Shown: positions 24,106 to 36,839, numbered from the stretch's first letter. The stretch is DNA of 42,600 nt from Chiloscyllium plagiosum (GCF_004010195.1 NC_057718.1:6715068-6757667); one strand, 5' to 3'. Notes: generated by a model not told the origin, from the letters alone. A program made the numbers and translations.

Positions 24106-24444
24106 ATAGACAGAAATCCTGGTGAGACCCCAGTGGTAGATAATGAGGGAGGATTTACAGAAAAGTCTAATTAAGAAGAGTCTTGACAAACTGCATTTCC
24201 CCATGGTCAGGGCAGTCTATAACAAGAGGCCATGTGTTTAAGGTGAGAAGGGGGAGATGCAGAGGGGCAATTGTTTCACACAGGGCATAGTGAGGGTCTG
24301 AAACAGGCTGTCAAAGGTAGTGGTGAAGGTGAGTACAACTTTGTCATTTAAGAAATATTTAGACACGTATGGCTGGGTATGGAGAGATATGGACCAACCC
24401 AGGCAAATGGAGCCAGATTGATTTTGAGCAAGGTGAGTCAATGG

Positions 24445-24900
24445 AGAAAGTGAGTACTGCAGGCACTGGAGAGTCAGAGTCAAAACGTGTGGTGCTGGAA
24501 AAGCGCAGCAGGTCAGGCAGCATCCAAGGAGCAGGAGAATCGACGTTTCAAGTATAAGTCCTTCATCAGGAATGGGGAGTGGACAGGTGGAAGGAAGATG
24601 GACAAGGAGGACAATTCAAGAGGGCGGAGCCGAGATGGAGTGTTGGATCTGGGATGAGGTGGGGTGTGGGGAGATGAGGAAACTGGTGAAGTCAACGTTG
24701 ATCCCGTGCAGTTGGAGGGTCCCAAGGCAGAAGATGAGACATTCTTCCTCCAGGCGTCTGGTGCTTTGGATTTGGCAGTGGAGGAGGCCCAGGACTTGCA
24801 TGTCCTTGGCGAGTGGGAAGGGGAGTTGAAGTGGTTGTTGGGTTGTTTGGTGCATATATCCCAGAGATGTTGCCTGAAACATCTGCAAGTTGGCGTCCTC
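24445..24900 (-). mobile_element. Penelope-like element remnant
   Basis: HFNSPSHS and RRLEEECLIFCLGTLQLHGINVDFTSF motifs. CTGATGA...GAAACGTC at about 24542-24569. Confidence 0.8.
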
Positions 24901-24949
24901 TGTTTCCACACTAAATGGAAATTTCTATGACTCTATCTTCCAGTATTTT

Positions 24950-25290
24950 TTTGAAAATTCATTCACAGGATATGGGTGTCACTGGCCAAGCCAGCATTTA
25001 TTACCCATCCCTAATTGCCCAGAGTGCAGTTAATTGTGAACCACATTGATGCGGCTCTGAAGTCACACGCAGGCTGAGATCGGGTACATTTTCTTCCCGA
25101 AAGGGCATTAGTGAACCAGATGGGGTTTTCTCAAAAATCAATAATGTTTCATGGCCCTCATTCGATTGAATTCCAGATGATCATTGAATTCATTTCCACC
25201 CGGAGCTGTGACAGTATTTGGAATCAATCCCAGAACATTCTGGGACTCGGGGTTAATATTCTAGTCGATTACCACTGTTAATATCACCTC
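24950..25290 (-). mobile_element. SINE-like repeat sharing a LINE 3' end
   Basis: Similar copies at 26055-26400 (-) and about 38240-38570 (+). The gggcaattagggatggg tail is shared with 33050-33090. Confidence 0.55.
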
Positions 25291-25609
25291 AGCTAAAAGC
25301 AGGATTATTTCTCCAGCAAAATACAGTGAGTGGAGTATAGTTATCAAATAATAATGCTCTGTGCAATATCAATTGCAATCATTCACAGCAGGGGAGAGAT
25401 TGACAAGTTACCCAATCTAACCAGGTATAATGCAGTCACTATATTCAGATATAGGATATTGTTTGAGTGAAAATGATTGCACTGTGAAAAGAGCTCCCCC
25501 ATCAACAAGAAAATACTGTCTTCCCTCGTTTAGTCCTGTCTGTGTTCAATATGGGCTTTCATCCTTTACTCTGTGAATAACAACAGAACCTAATGTTTTG
25601 CTAAAGATT

Positions 25610-25945
25610 CAGATTAGATTTTTTTTTAAGATTAGATTCCCTACAGTATGGAAACAGACCCTTCAGCCCAACAAGTCCACACCGACCCTCTGAAGAGCAA
25701 CCTACCCAGACCTATTCCCCTACCCTATATTTACCCCTGACTAATGTACCTAACACTATGGACAATTTAGCTTGGCCAATTCGCCTGACCTGCACATCTT
25801 TGGATTGTGGGAGGAAACCGGAGCACCCGGAGGAAACTCACACAGACACGGGCAGAATGTGCAAACTCCGCACAGACAGTCACCTGAGGCAGGAATCGAG
25901 CCTGTGAGGTAGCAGTGCTAACCTCTGAGTCACCGTGCCACCCCA
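25610..25945 (-). mobile_element. HE1-like SINE
   Basis: (agatt)n tail, gtgcaaactcc core and tRNA-like head. Confidence 0.85.
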
Positions 25946-26054
25946 ACTTCATGTTGAGGACTCCCAGGGCAATTCCCTCCTGACTGTACACCATTGCGCT
26001 GTAAAGTTTAGCATCTGCACATCTCATCATACTCCAGGTCCCTTTTTACCTTTA

Positions 26055-26400
26055 TCATTCACAGGATGTGGGTGTTGATGGCTCGGCAGCATTTATTGCC
26101 CATCCCTAATTGCCCAGAGGGCAAGTTAAGAGTCAACCACGTTGCTGTGGGTCTGGAGTCACATGTAGGCCAGACCAGGTAAAGATGGCACATTCCTACT
26201 CTGAAGGAGTAATGTGAACCAGATGAGAGTTTCCCTGACGATGGATTTATGGTTATCATTAGATTCTTAATTCTAGATATTTTATTGAATTCAAATTTCA
26301 CCATCTGCCATGGCATGGTTTAAACCCACATCCCCAGGATGTTACTTAGGTCACTAAGTTAATTGTCCAGCAACAATACCACAAGGTCAGCACCTTCCCT
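26055..26400 (-). mobile_element. SINE-like repeat (same family as 24950-25290)
   Basis: Direct similarity: cagcatttattgcccatccctaattgcccagag. Confidence 0.6.
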
Positions 26401-27091
26401 ACAAGTTCTTGGTCAAACAAATGCATGATCTCCTCCACAGTGATCACAAGTTTCATCTCACAGAGATCTGCTTTCATGAATTCATGCATATATATTCAGA
26501 ATCCTGTGTTCTTTTTACATGTTTTATACACATAAACTACTACCACTTACAATGCCACTGTCAAATTTTGGTAATTAATGCACCTGGTCACACAATTTTT
26601 AAAATAAAAATAAATCAGTGCTTTAGTAACCAGCATTCTGTATAATTAAGTTCAGCTTCCACATAAAGAAAATTAAATTAATTGCATATTTCACTGTAAC
26701 ATGACTGCACTTATTAACAATTGGATTTTTTTTTAGTACTTTCTTAAACATTTTAAATTCAAGGTTTCAAAAGGACCCGTAGTTTTACAGGCTGTGACTT
26801 GGTGGAAAGTCTCCTTCTGCGATGGTAAACATTCCCTCCTGTGTTTCTGCATTTTGTACCTCAGTCAAACGAAGAAAGTTTCTGGGCACATGGAATTTGT
26901 GTGGCTCTCCAGCAGAGAGTTTGTGATCTCAGACAAGATTCCCCTTGGTGATGGAGAACTGGAAAGGTTCAGCGAATGATGGCATCACCTGAAACCAAAG
27001 AGCAACTGCTGCTTGATTCCGGGAGTTCGATTCTTCCCACCGAACATGTCGGAGCGATTCAAAGCCAGATCGTTAAACAAATTGCTTTAAT

Positions 27092-27831
27092 TTAGTCCCA
27101 TTTTACATCACGATTTTGAAACAGAAAAATGCCTTTTCTGAGCACAGCAGTCAAGGTAAAAATCAGACACAGGCCACTCCCAGCAAGCTCAATACTAACC
27201 CTGTTTGGCCACCCTGTTTCTGAATCTCCGTCAATCTCACTGCTCCTCACTCTAATCTGTTCTCCAGCAAATTTCACTGAAAGTCTTCCTTTGGCAGACT
27301 TGAGGACAGTGTAATTTATAATCTGGTGCCAAGCCTACACTCCCAATGATTGTTTCTTGTAAAAACCCCATGTCACAACAGATTTTGCCAACCATCTGTG
27401 TTTGGATAGCACCGTTGGTGTTAATTTGAGGAAACAAGCATTTTTTTGTGATTTTTGCTGAATGAATGAGCTACAGTAATCAGGTTGGAATAATCAGGCT
27501 GCTATTTGCTGCTGTAATTTCACCCAATTCCAACGTCACAGCCTAATGTTACGAGGATATAGTGGAGAGAGAAAGGACCATGGCAACTGTTTTGAGGTAG
27601 AAATAAGCATAAAAGGCAAGGAATGCAAATTGAGTTCATCAAGATCCTTTATTCTGGAGAACATTTCCAATCTTCTCCTTCATGGAAGCCATCCAACTTG
27701 CTTGTTCCCTGAAGCAATGCTTCTTTGAATTTGTCCCTTATTACGTCCAGAGCGAAAGGGTCTGCAAAATACTTCTGGAATCTAACATTGAACTGCTTTA
27801 CTTGGCACCGCATTCGCAATGACCATAACAT
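27092..27831 (-). pseudogene. Terminal exon of - strand pseudogene (unknown family)
   Basis: MLWSLRMRCQVKQFNVRFQKYFADPFALDVIRDKFKEALL..., then one frameshift near 27650-27680. About 195 codons follow (LEMFSRIKDLDELNLHSLPFML...INYTVLKSAKGRLSVKFAGEQI...FLFQNRDVKWD*) with only 3 internal stops (TGA 27538, TGA 27496, TAG 27337). The acceptor cattcctaag is weak. Confidence 0.6.
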
Positions 27832-27939
27832 CTTAGGAATGTTACATTAATTCCATGTCTGCCCCCAGTCTTTCACATCAAACCACAGCCCTTTACTTAA
27901 TGTTCATTCCAGTCAAAGCGATTGAGCTGTGACTCTAAT

Positions 27940-29770
27940 CATGGTACAGTAGCTCAGTGGTTAGCATAGCTGTCTCTTAGCACCAGGTACCCGGGATCAG
28001 TTGCAGCTTTGGGTGACTGTCTGTGTGGAGTTTGCACATCCTCCCCCTGTCTACATGGGTTTCTTCCAAGTATTCCAGTTTCCACCTGTGGTCTGACGAT
28101 ATGTAGGTTCGATGGATTGGCCATGGTAAATTATCCACGGTGTGCAGGTTAGGGTGGGATTGGCCGTGGTAAATTATCCAAGGTGTGCAAGTTAGGGTGG
28201 ATTGGCCGTGGTAAATTATCCACGGTGTGCAAGTTAGGGTGGATTGGCCATGGTAAATTATCCATGGTGTGCAGGTTAGGGGGGATTTGCCATGGTAAAT
28301 TATCCATGGTGTGCAGGTTAGGGTGGATTTGCCATGGTAAATTATCCACTGTGTGCAAGTTAGGATGGGATTGGCCATGGTAAATAATCCACGGCGTGCA
28401 GGTTAGGGTGGATTGGCCATGGTAAATTGTCTATAGTGTGCAAGTTAGGTTATTGGCCATTGTACAATTTCCACAGTGTGCAGGTTAGGAAGGATTGGCC
28501 ATAGCAAATTATCCACGGTGTGCAGGTTAGGGAGGATTGGCCATGGTAAATTATCCACGGTGTGCAGGTTAGGGTGGATTGGCTGTGCTAAATTATCCAC
28601 AGTGCACAGGTTAGGGTGGATTGGCCATGGGAAATTGTCCACCGTGTGCAGGTTAGGGTGGATTGGCCGTGGTAAATTATCTATGGTGTGCAGGTGAGGT
28701 GGATTGGCCATGGTAAATTGTCCACAGTGTGCAGGTTAGGGTAGATGGGCCATGGTAAATTGTCCATGGTGTGCAGGTGAGGTGGATTGGCCATGGTAAA
28801 TTGTCCACAGTGTGCAGGTTAGGGTAGATGGGCCATGGTAAATTATCCACAGTGCGCAGGTTAGGGTGGATTGGCCATGGCAAATTATCTATGGTGTGCA
28901 GGTAAGGTGGATTGGCCATGATAAATTGTCCACAGTGTGCAGGTTAGGGTGGATTGGCCATGGTAAATTGTCCATGGTGTGCAGGTTAGGGTGGGATTGG
29001 CCATGGTAAATTATCCATGGTGTCCAGGTTGGGGTGGATTGGCCATGGTAAATTATCCATGGTGTCCAGGTTGGGGTGGATTGGCCATGGTTCATTGTCC
29101 ATGGTATGATGTTGGGTGGATTGGCCACGGTACATTAATCATTGTACGCAGGTTAGGGTGGATTGGACAGGGTAAATTATCCATGGTGTGCAGGTCGGGG
29201 TGAATTGGCCATGGTAAATTATCCATGGTGTGCAGGTCGGGGTGAATTGGCCATGGTAAATTATCCATGTTGTGCAGGTTGGGGTGAATTGGCCATGGTA
29301 AATTGTCCATGGTGTTCAGGTTAGGGTGGATTGGCCATTGTACAATGTCCACAGTGTGCTGGTTAGGGTGGATTGGCCATGGTAAATTATCCATGGTGTG
29401 CAGGTTAGGGTGGATTGGCCATGGTAAATTATCCATGGTGTGCAAATTTGGGTGGATTGGCCATGGTACATTGTCCATGTTGTGCAGATTAGGGTGGATT
29501 GGACAGGGTAAATTATCCATGGTATGCAGATTAGGGAGGGTTGGCCACATTAAATTGGCCATGGTGTGCAGGGTAGGGTGGATTGGCCATGATGTGCAGG
29601 GTAGGGTGGATTGGCCATGGTAAATTGCCTGTAGTGCCAGTAATGAGCAGGTGAGTTGGATTAGCCATGGGAAATGCAGAGTTGCAGGGATAGGTTGAGA
29701 CGCTCTTCAGAGGGTTGGTGCAAACTCAATGGACTAAATGGCCTCTATCTGCACTGCAGGGATTCTATGT
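27940..29770 (+). mobile_element. HE1-like SINE split by an internal tandem expansion
   Basis: Head and core at 27940-28100, tail at 29640-29770. Confidence 0.85.
28100..29640 (+). repeat. 42-bp minisatellite, about 36 copies
   Basis: Unit GTGTGCAGGTTAGGGTGGATTGGCCATGGTAAATTATCCATG. It gives the 14-aa periodic spurious ORFs. Confidence 0.95.
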
Positions 29771-30506
29771 AATTGATGGTGGTTCTGTTCTGAAGGGACA
29801 TGATCATGGTTTCGAGATCTAATCTATCTTACAGTACACCATTGAAAGTGACACTTCAGTGCAGTATTGAGGGGGTGCCACAGTGTCACTAGGTCCACTT
29901 TTTAAACTAAACTTTCTCCTGCTGCACTGGCCAATAAGTGATCACGAAAAAAACATTGCTCCATTGATGTTTGGGGGGATCCTGCTGAGAATAAGTTATT
30001 TGTCATGTATTTCAGCATTTCGCCAGTGACTGTAAGTCAAATACAATCCGTTCCCTGTAAAGTGTTTTCCTATGGTAGCTGTCAATATTTAAGGTAGAGA
30101 TGGTTAATCATTTCAGACTGAGGTGATGAGAATTATTTTCTCTCGTAAGTTTATGTGTCTTTGAAGCGCTCTTTCTCAAATGGTAGTGGAGGTAGAGTTT
30201 TGGAACATTATTTTTAATACAGAGATAAATGCAGTGCAGTAACTCACAAAGACTCCTCTGACAGTGCTTTCCAAACCCATGACCCCTACAATCTAGAAGG
30301 ACAAGGGCAGCAGACACATGGGAATACCTCCAGCTGCAAGTTCCCCTCCAAGCCACTCACCATCCCAACTTGGAAATGGATTGGTATTCCTTTTGCTTAA
30401 CTGGGTTGTAATACCAGCCCTCTCTTCCTAAATGCGCCATGTTTGCATTTACGTCTGGAATGGTTTCAGGCAGCTTATCACTATTGACCAGAAACTGAAC
30501 TGGACT

Positions 30507-30542
30507 AGTCCTGAAGAAGGGCTTGTACCCGAAACGTCGATT
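30507..30542 (+). ncRNA. Minimal hammerhead ribozyme motif in a short Penelope-like insert (30511-30599)
   Basis: agtc-CTGAAGA-A-GGG-cttgta-CCC-GAAAC-GTC-gatt. Possible 6-bp TSD ctagtc at 30505-30510 and 30600-30605. Confidence 0.65.
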
Positions 30543-30699
30543 CTCCTGTTCCTTGGATGCTGCCTAACCTGCTGCGCTTTTCCAGCAATACATTTTCAGC
30601 TAGTCATATAAGTACTTTGCTATGAAAGCAGGTCATATGGTAGGAATCCTGCAGCAATTAACTCAGCTCCTGACTACCCAAAGTCTGTCCACCATCTAC

Positions 30700-32813
30700 A
30701 AAGAATAAATAATGGAATAGTTCCCACTTGCAGTTCCAACAACACTCAAGAAGCTCAACACCACCCAGAACAGCACACAGCATTCACAAATATCCCTGCA
30801 CAGTAGCCGCAGTGTACACCATCTGTAAGATGCACTGTAGAAATTCACCTAGTTGCCACCAGGTTGATAGTGCTGTTAAGAAGGCATACAGTGTTTTTTT
30901 TTTTAAAATTAGATTACTTACAGTGTGGAAACAGGCACTTCAGCCCAACAAGTCCACACCAACGCACAACCCACCCAGACCCATTCCCCTACACCTAACA
31001 CTACGGGCAATTTAGCATGGCCAATTCACCTAACCTGCACATCTTTGGACCGTGGGAGGAAACCGGAGCAAACCCACACAACACGGGGAGAATTTGCAAA
31101 CTCCACACAGTCAGTCGCCTGAAGCGGGAATTGAACCCGGGTCTCTGGCGCTGTGAGGCAACAGTGCTAACCACTGTGCCACCATGTGTTGGGCTTTATT
31201 GGTAGACAGATTGAGTTCTGGAGCCGTAATGTCATGCTGCAACTGTATGAAACGCTACTGCGGCCACACTTGGAATATTGTGTACAGTTCTGGTCGCCCC
31301 ATTACAGGAAGATATGGATGCATTGGAAAAGGTGCAGAGGGGATTTACCAGGATGTTGCCTGGTCTGGAGGGAAGGTCTTATGAGGAAAGGTTGAGAGAC
31401 TTGGGTCTATTCTCATTGGAAAGAAGAAGGCTAGAGGAGGATTTGATAGAGATATACAAGATGATCAGTGGATTAGATAGGGTAGACAGTGAAAGTCTTT
31501 TTCCTAGGATGATGACATCAGCTTGCACGAGGGGGCATAACTACAAATTGAAGGGTGATAAATTTAAAACAGATGTCAGAAGCAGATTCTTTACTCAGAG
31601 AATGGTATGGGCGTGGAATGCCAATATAGTTAACTCAGCCACATTAGGGAGATTTAAACAGTCCTTGGATAAGCACATGGTTGATGATGGGATAGTATGG
31701 GGGATGGGCTTAGAGAAGTTCACAAGTCGGCACGAGAGCTGAAGGGCCTGTTCTGCAAAGAATAATAATGGAATAGTTCCCACTTGCAGTTCCAACAACA
31801 CTCAAGAAGCTCAACACCACCCAGAACAGCACACAGCATCCACAAATATCCCTGCACAGTAGCCGCAGTGTACACCATCTGTAAGATGCACTGTAGAAAT
31901 TCACCAAGGTGCCACCAGGTTGATAGTGCTGTTAAGAAGGCATAGATTGTGTTTTTTTTTTAAATTAGATTACTTACAGTGTGGAAACAGGCCCTTCAGC
32001 CCAACAAGCCCACACCAACGCACAACCTACCCAGACCCATTCCCCTACACCTAACACTACAGGCAATTTAGCATGGCCAATTCACCTAACCTGCACATTT
32101 TTGGACTGTGGGAGGAAACCGGAGCAAACCCATGCAGACACGGGGAGAATGTGCAAACTCCACACAGTCAGTCGCCTGAAGCGGGAATTGAACCCGGGTC
32201 TCTGGTGCTGTGAGGCAACAGTGCTAACCACTATGCCACCGTGTGTTGGGTTTTATTGGTAGACAGATTGAGTTCTGGAGACGTAATGCCATGCTGCAAC
32301 TGTATGAAATGCTAGTGCGGCCACACTTGGAATATTGTGTACAGTTCTGGTCGCCCCATTACAGGAAGATATGGATGCATTGGAAAAGGTGCAGAGGAGA
32401 TTTACCAGGATGTTGCCTGGTCTGGAGGGAAGGTCTTATGAGGAGAGGCTGAGAGACTTGGGTCTATTCTCATTGGAAAGAAGAAGGCTAAGAGGGGATT
32501 TGATAGAGATATGCAAGATGATCAGAGGATTAGATAGGGTAGACAGTGAAAGTCTTTTTCCTAGGATGATGACATCAGCTTGTACGAGGGGGCATAACTA
32601 CAAATTGAAGGGTGATAAGTTTAAAACAGATGTCAGAAGCAGATTCTTTACTCAGAGAATGGTATGGGCGTGGAATGCCAATATAGTTAACTTAGCCACA
32701 TTAGGGAGATTTAAACAGTCCTTGGATAAGCACATGGTTGATGATGGGATAGTATGGGGGATGGGCTTAGATTAGTTCACAAGTCGGCACGAGAGCTGAA
32801 GGGCCTGTTCTGC
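30700..32813 (+). repeat. Tandem duplication, 2 x 1057 bp (LINE fragment > CR1 3' > HE1 SINE nest)
   Basis: 30700-31756 and 31757-32813 are near-identical. Each carries a CR1 3' ORF ([17 protein letters not shown]) with a - strand SINE inside it. Confidence 0.95.
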
Positions 32814-33519
32814 GCTGTATTGTTCTATGTTCCTTAGACAATACCTTCCAAACCCACGACTACTTCCATCTTGAAGGACAAGGACAGCAGATATATAGGA
32901 ACACCACCTGCTGCAAATTCCCCTTCAATCCACTCCCCCATCAGCATCGTTGGGACAAAATCCTGGAATTCCCTCCCTAATGGCATTGTGGGTCAACCCA
33001 CAGCACAGAGACTAGGGCAATTCAAGAAGGCCGCTATCATTGTCTTCACAAGGGCAATTAGGGACGGGCAATAGATATTGGCCAAGGTGGTAACACCCTG
33101 ACCTCCAAGCTTCCTCAAAAAGTGTCATATGTCCTTACATTGGTGGATCCATTAACGGAACCCTTGCTTGACAGTCACAATGTGAAATCTCACTGCAAGG
33201 CCTTGAGTACAGAAATCTCGGCTGACACTGAGGGAATGCTGCACTATTGGAGGCACTTTCTTTTGAATGCAACATTAAATCAGTGCCCCAGTCAAAGGAT
33301 CTCCTGGCACGATTTTGTCCACATCCTGGCCAAGATGTATCCCTCAGTTAATATCACAAAAGCAGATTATATGGCTATTGTCACATCGCTGTTTGTGAGA
33401 TTTTGCTGCATAAAAGTTGGTTGCTTCACTTCCTACTTCACAAGAGGATCACAGACATTTCATGTTGCTGTGGGAGGCCATTCAGCCCATCATGCCCACA
33501 TCGTTGTGTAAGACGAACA

Positions 33520-33830
33520 TCATTATCGAGCCATAGAGGATGGAAAGAGAGCCTTAGGTCCAACTAGTCCATGCCAACCATGTTCCTAAACCTAACTATT
33601 CCCACTTGCCAGTGTTTGGCCCTTTTCCCTCCAAACCTTTCCTATTCATGTAATTATCCAAATGGACCTTGTGCCAATCTCCTGCCTTCTCCCCATTGCC
33701 TTGCACCTTATTTTTATGCAAGTAATCATCCAACCATCTTGAATGCCTCAATTGAATCTGCCTCCACCACATTTCCCAGCAGTACTTTCCATGTTCCTGC
33801 CACATGGAGAAATTTCTCTTCACTTCACCC
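33520..33830 (-). mobile_element. Two CR1 3' tail fragments
   Basis: Reverse complements of CR1 ends (HLDNYMNRKGLEG). Confidence 0.6.
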
Positions 33831-33929
33831 TTGCTTCTTTTACACAGTACTTTAAACTATATGCCCACTCTTTCTTGTTCATTTTACAGGTGACAACCAC
33901 TGCACCCCCAAACCCCTTGCCCCAAATCG

Positions 33930-35080
33930 GGGGCGGCACGGTGACTCAGTGGTTAGCACTGCTGCGTCACAGCACCAGGGTCCCAGGTTCAATTCCAGCC
34001 TCTGTGTGGAGTTTGCACATTCTCCCTGTGTTTGCGTGGGTTTCTGCTGGGTGCTCCGGTTTCCTCCCATAGTACAAGTGTTGCTGAATAAAGAGACCTT
34101 GGAGTGCAGGTTCATAGATCCTTGAAAGTGGAGTTGAAGGTAGATAGCATAGTGAAGAAGGCGTTCAGTATGCTTTCCTTTATTGGTCAGAGTATTGAGT
34201 ACAGGAGTTGGGAGGTCATGTTGCGGCTGCACAGGACATTGGTTAGGTCACTGTTGGAATATTGCGTGCAATCCTGGTCTCCTTCCTATCGGAAAGATGT
34301 TGTGAAACTTGAAAGGGTTCAGAAAAGGTTTACAAGGATGTTGCCAGGGTTGGAGGATCTGAGCTACAGGAAGAGGCTGAACATGCTGGGGATGTTTTCC
34401 CTGCAGCATCAGAGGTTGAGGGGTGACCTTATAGAGGTTTACAAAATTATGAGGGGCATGGATAGGATAAATAGGCAAAGTCTTTTCCCTGGGTTAAGGA
34501 GTCCAGAACTAGAGGGCATAGGTTTAGGTTGAGAGGGGAAAGATATAAAAGAGACGTAAGGGGCAACTTTTTCACACAGAGGGTGGTACGTGTATGGAAT
34601 GAGCTGCGTCTTTTCCCTAGGGTTGGGGAGTCCAGAACTAGAGGGCATAGGTTTACGGTGAGAGGGGAAAGATATAAAAGAGATCTAAGGGGTAACCTTT
34701 TCACGCAGAGGGTGGTACGTGTATGGAAGGAGCTGCCAGAGGATGTAGTGGAGGCTGGTACAATTGCAACATTTAAGAGGCATTTGGATAGATATGTGAA
34801 TAGGAAGGGTTTGGAGACTTATGGGCCGGGTGCTGGCAGGTGGGACTAGATTGTGTTGGGATATCTGGTCGGCATGGACAGGTTGGACCGAAGGGTCTGT
34901 TTCCATGCTGTACATCTCTATGACTCTATGACTCTATGTGCAGGTTAGGTGAATTGGCCATGCTGAATTATCCATACTGTTAGGTGCATTAGTCAGAGGG
35001 AAATGGGTCTGGGTGGGTTACTCTTCAGAAGGTCAGTGTTGGGCAGAAGGGCCTGTTTCCACACTGTAGGGAATCTAATT
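33930..35080 (+). mobile_element. HE1-like SINE interrupted by a CR1 3' fragment (about 34072-34936) with an internal 128-bp duplication
   Basis: SINE head 33930-34071 and SINE remainder 34937-35080. CR1 [19 protein letters not shown] with a (ctatgact)n tail. 34480-34607 is repeated at 34608-34736. Confidence 0.85.
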
Positions 35081-35313
35081 TTAAAAATGCACTCTATCCA
35101 ACGCACTCAGTGTCTACACTTCAAAAGTACTTCATTGATGGTCATGCAGGTGCTTTACAAATGCAAAACGTTTTCTCGTTTGCAAATTCCTTACTTGGAT
35201 TGATTTCAGCGTGACCTTCCTCTCAGCGATGTACATACCTTTTGTTTGTGATTCTAAAACCATCTGCAAAGAATAAGTAGTTCTACAAATCAAACATGAG
35301 GTTTATATTTTAC

Positions 35314-35389
35314 CTTCAAAACCATGTCCAGAGCAGAATTTTATAGACAGTTCAACAACTGCGCAGTTCCTTTGCCAAAGACATTATAC
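35314..35389 (-). pseudogene. Candidate exon 3 of - strand pseudogene
   Basis: cttcag acceptor and AAG|GTAAAA donor. Phase 2 to 0. Reads RYNVFGKGTAQLLNCL*NSALDMVLK (TAA at 35343). Confidence 0.5.
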
Positions 35390-36589
35390 CTGAAGCACTT
35401 GACATATTCTACTGATATTAGCTGTTCTTTCTGTGTAATAGAGAACATGTTCTCAGACTGAGGAACACTCAATCAAAACTTAGTTTAGTGTTGACTGGCA
35501 CAGATCATTCATCAACTTCCCAGTAAATAAATGCTTACATCACGGATATGTATCTCATTCTTGAAATTTAATTGCATTGTCCTAAGGTGTTTTCTTCAGC
35601 AGCATCAGCAAATGGATTATGCTAAATTCAGCAAAAGAACTCTTAAATTTCTAAAATTGGACTTTGTCATAGAGCCATAGAAATCTACAGCACAGAAAAA
35701 GGCCCTTTGTTCCATTGAGTTTGTGTCGATCAAAAAGCAACCACAAACTAATGAAATCCCATCTTTCAGCACTTGGCCCATGGTGATATATGGCCTGGCA
35801 TCACAAATGTGCAGTAAATCCTCTGTATCCGTGAAATCTCAAATCTCAAATGCCCCTATCCCTGCCAGAAAGAAAGTAACAACAAAAATCAACATTGTGG
35901 GCAAAAATCGCGTGTCTGTGATATATTTAACCTATTTTTAATGAGGTCCGCACTCTCGAATGTCATCATTTGAGGGGCTCTCAGGAACAGAACCCCAGTG
36001 GATGTGGAGGAACATCTGTCTGTCTAAATACTTCTGAAACGTGATGAGGGTTTACACCTCTCTCACCCTTATGGGCAGTGAGCTCCAGATTCCCATCACC
36101 CTCTGGGAGAACCATGGGATCTACAGAAACAGGCCATTCAGCCCAATTGGTCTATGCTAATGCATATGCCTCACTCAAACCTCCTCCTCTCCCTCTGCTC
36201 TGAACCCTACTATTTCATTTCCTATGTGATGCTGTTTGCCTCAAACACTGCCTGGGGTTACAAGTTACAAATTCTCTCCTTGTGTCAAAGTTAATCGTAA
36301 ATTTCTGATTGAATTTATGAGGAGCTATCTTATCTTTATAGACACCGATTTCTGTCTTTCCCACAAGTTGAAATATTTTCTCTACATCTGCCCTTAGCTA
36401 ACCCTTTCATGATCTTAAAAAAAATCTCTACAAGTGCACTGCTCAAGCCTATCATGCCAAGAGGAACATTATGAATAAACATTCACTGGAATATTGATAA
36501 TGCTGCATTTGAAAATATAATTCCTGGGCTATAGTGATGACACTAAATTTTAACTTTCATCTGAGAGACTGAATGAGTTAAGACCTCAC

Positions 36590-36839
36590 CTGTCTGATCA
36601 GATAGGTACAAAGGGTACCATGAGCCTGATCAAAGAATAGGTCCACTGGTCACCTTCCACTTTAAACAAATGTTGTCTTTCAATCTTTTGCAGTTTCGGT
36701 GATCTTACTGTGCCTAATTTGACAGTCATATTTTCCCATGGAACAGTTTCTGCACTTTTCATTTGATCTGAAGCAAGTGGTGCTATCTTAGTTACATGCA
36801 AACCATCATATTGCTGCACATTCTCTAAGCTTCACCCAT
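36590..36839 (-). pseudogene. Candidate exon 2 of - strand pseudogene
   Basis: ENVQQYDGLHVTKIAPL...VPWENMTVKLGTVRSPKLQKIE...LMVPFVPI*SD. Strong CAG|GTGAGG donor. The polypyrimidine tract ends at about 36841 without an AG (nearest AG is at 36826-25). TGA at 36834 and 36600. Confidence 0.55.

Noticed and set aside
26735..26990. Minus-strand frame with D-box-like RGILSEITN
   Set aside because: Lies beyond the putative stop at 27092, contains stops and has no independent support. Probably former 3' UTR.
27977..29623. ORFs with 14-aa repeats (HTVDNLPWPIHPNL)
   Set aside because: These are translations of the 42-bp SINE-derived minisatellite on both strands.
35239..35263. Possible 25-nt micro-exon (MVLESQTK) on the - strand with good splice sites
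   Set aside because: It would need a 50-nt intron and would break phase with the terminal exon.
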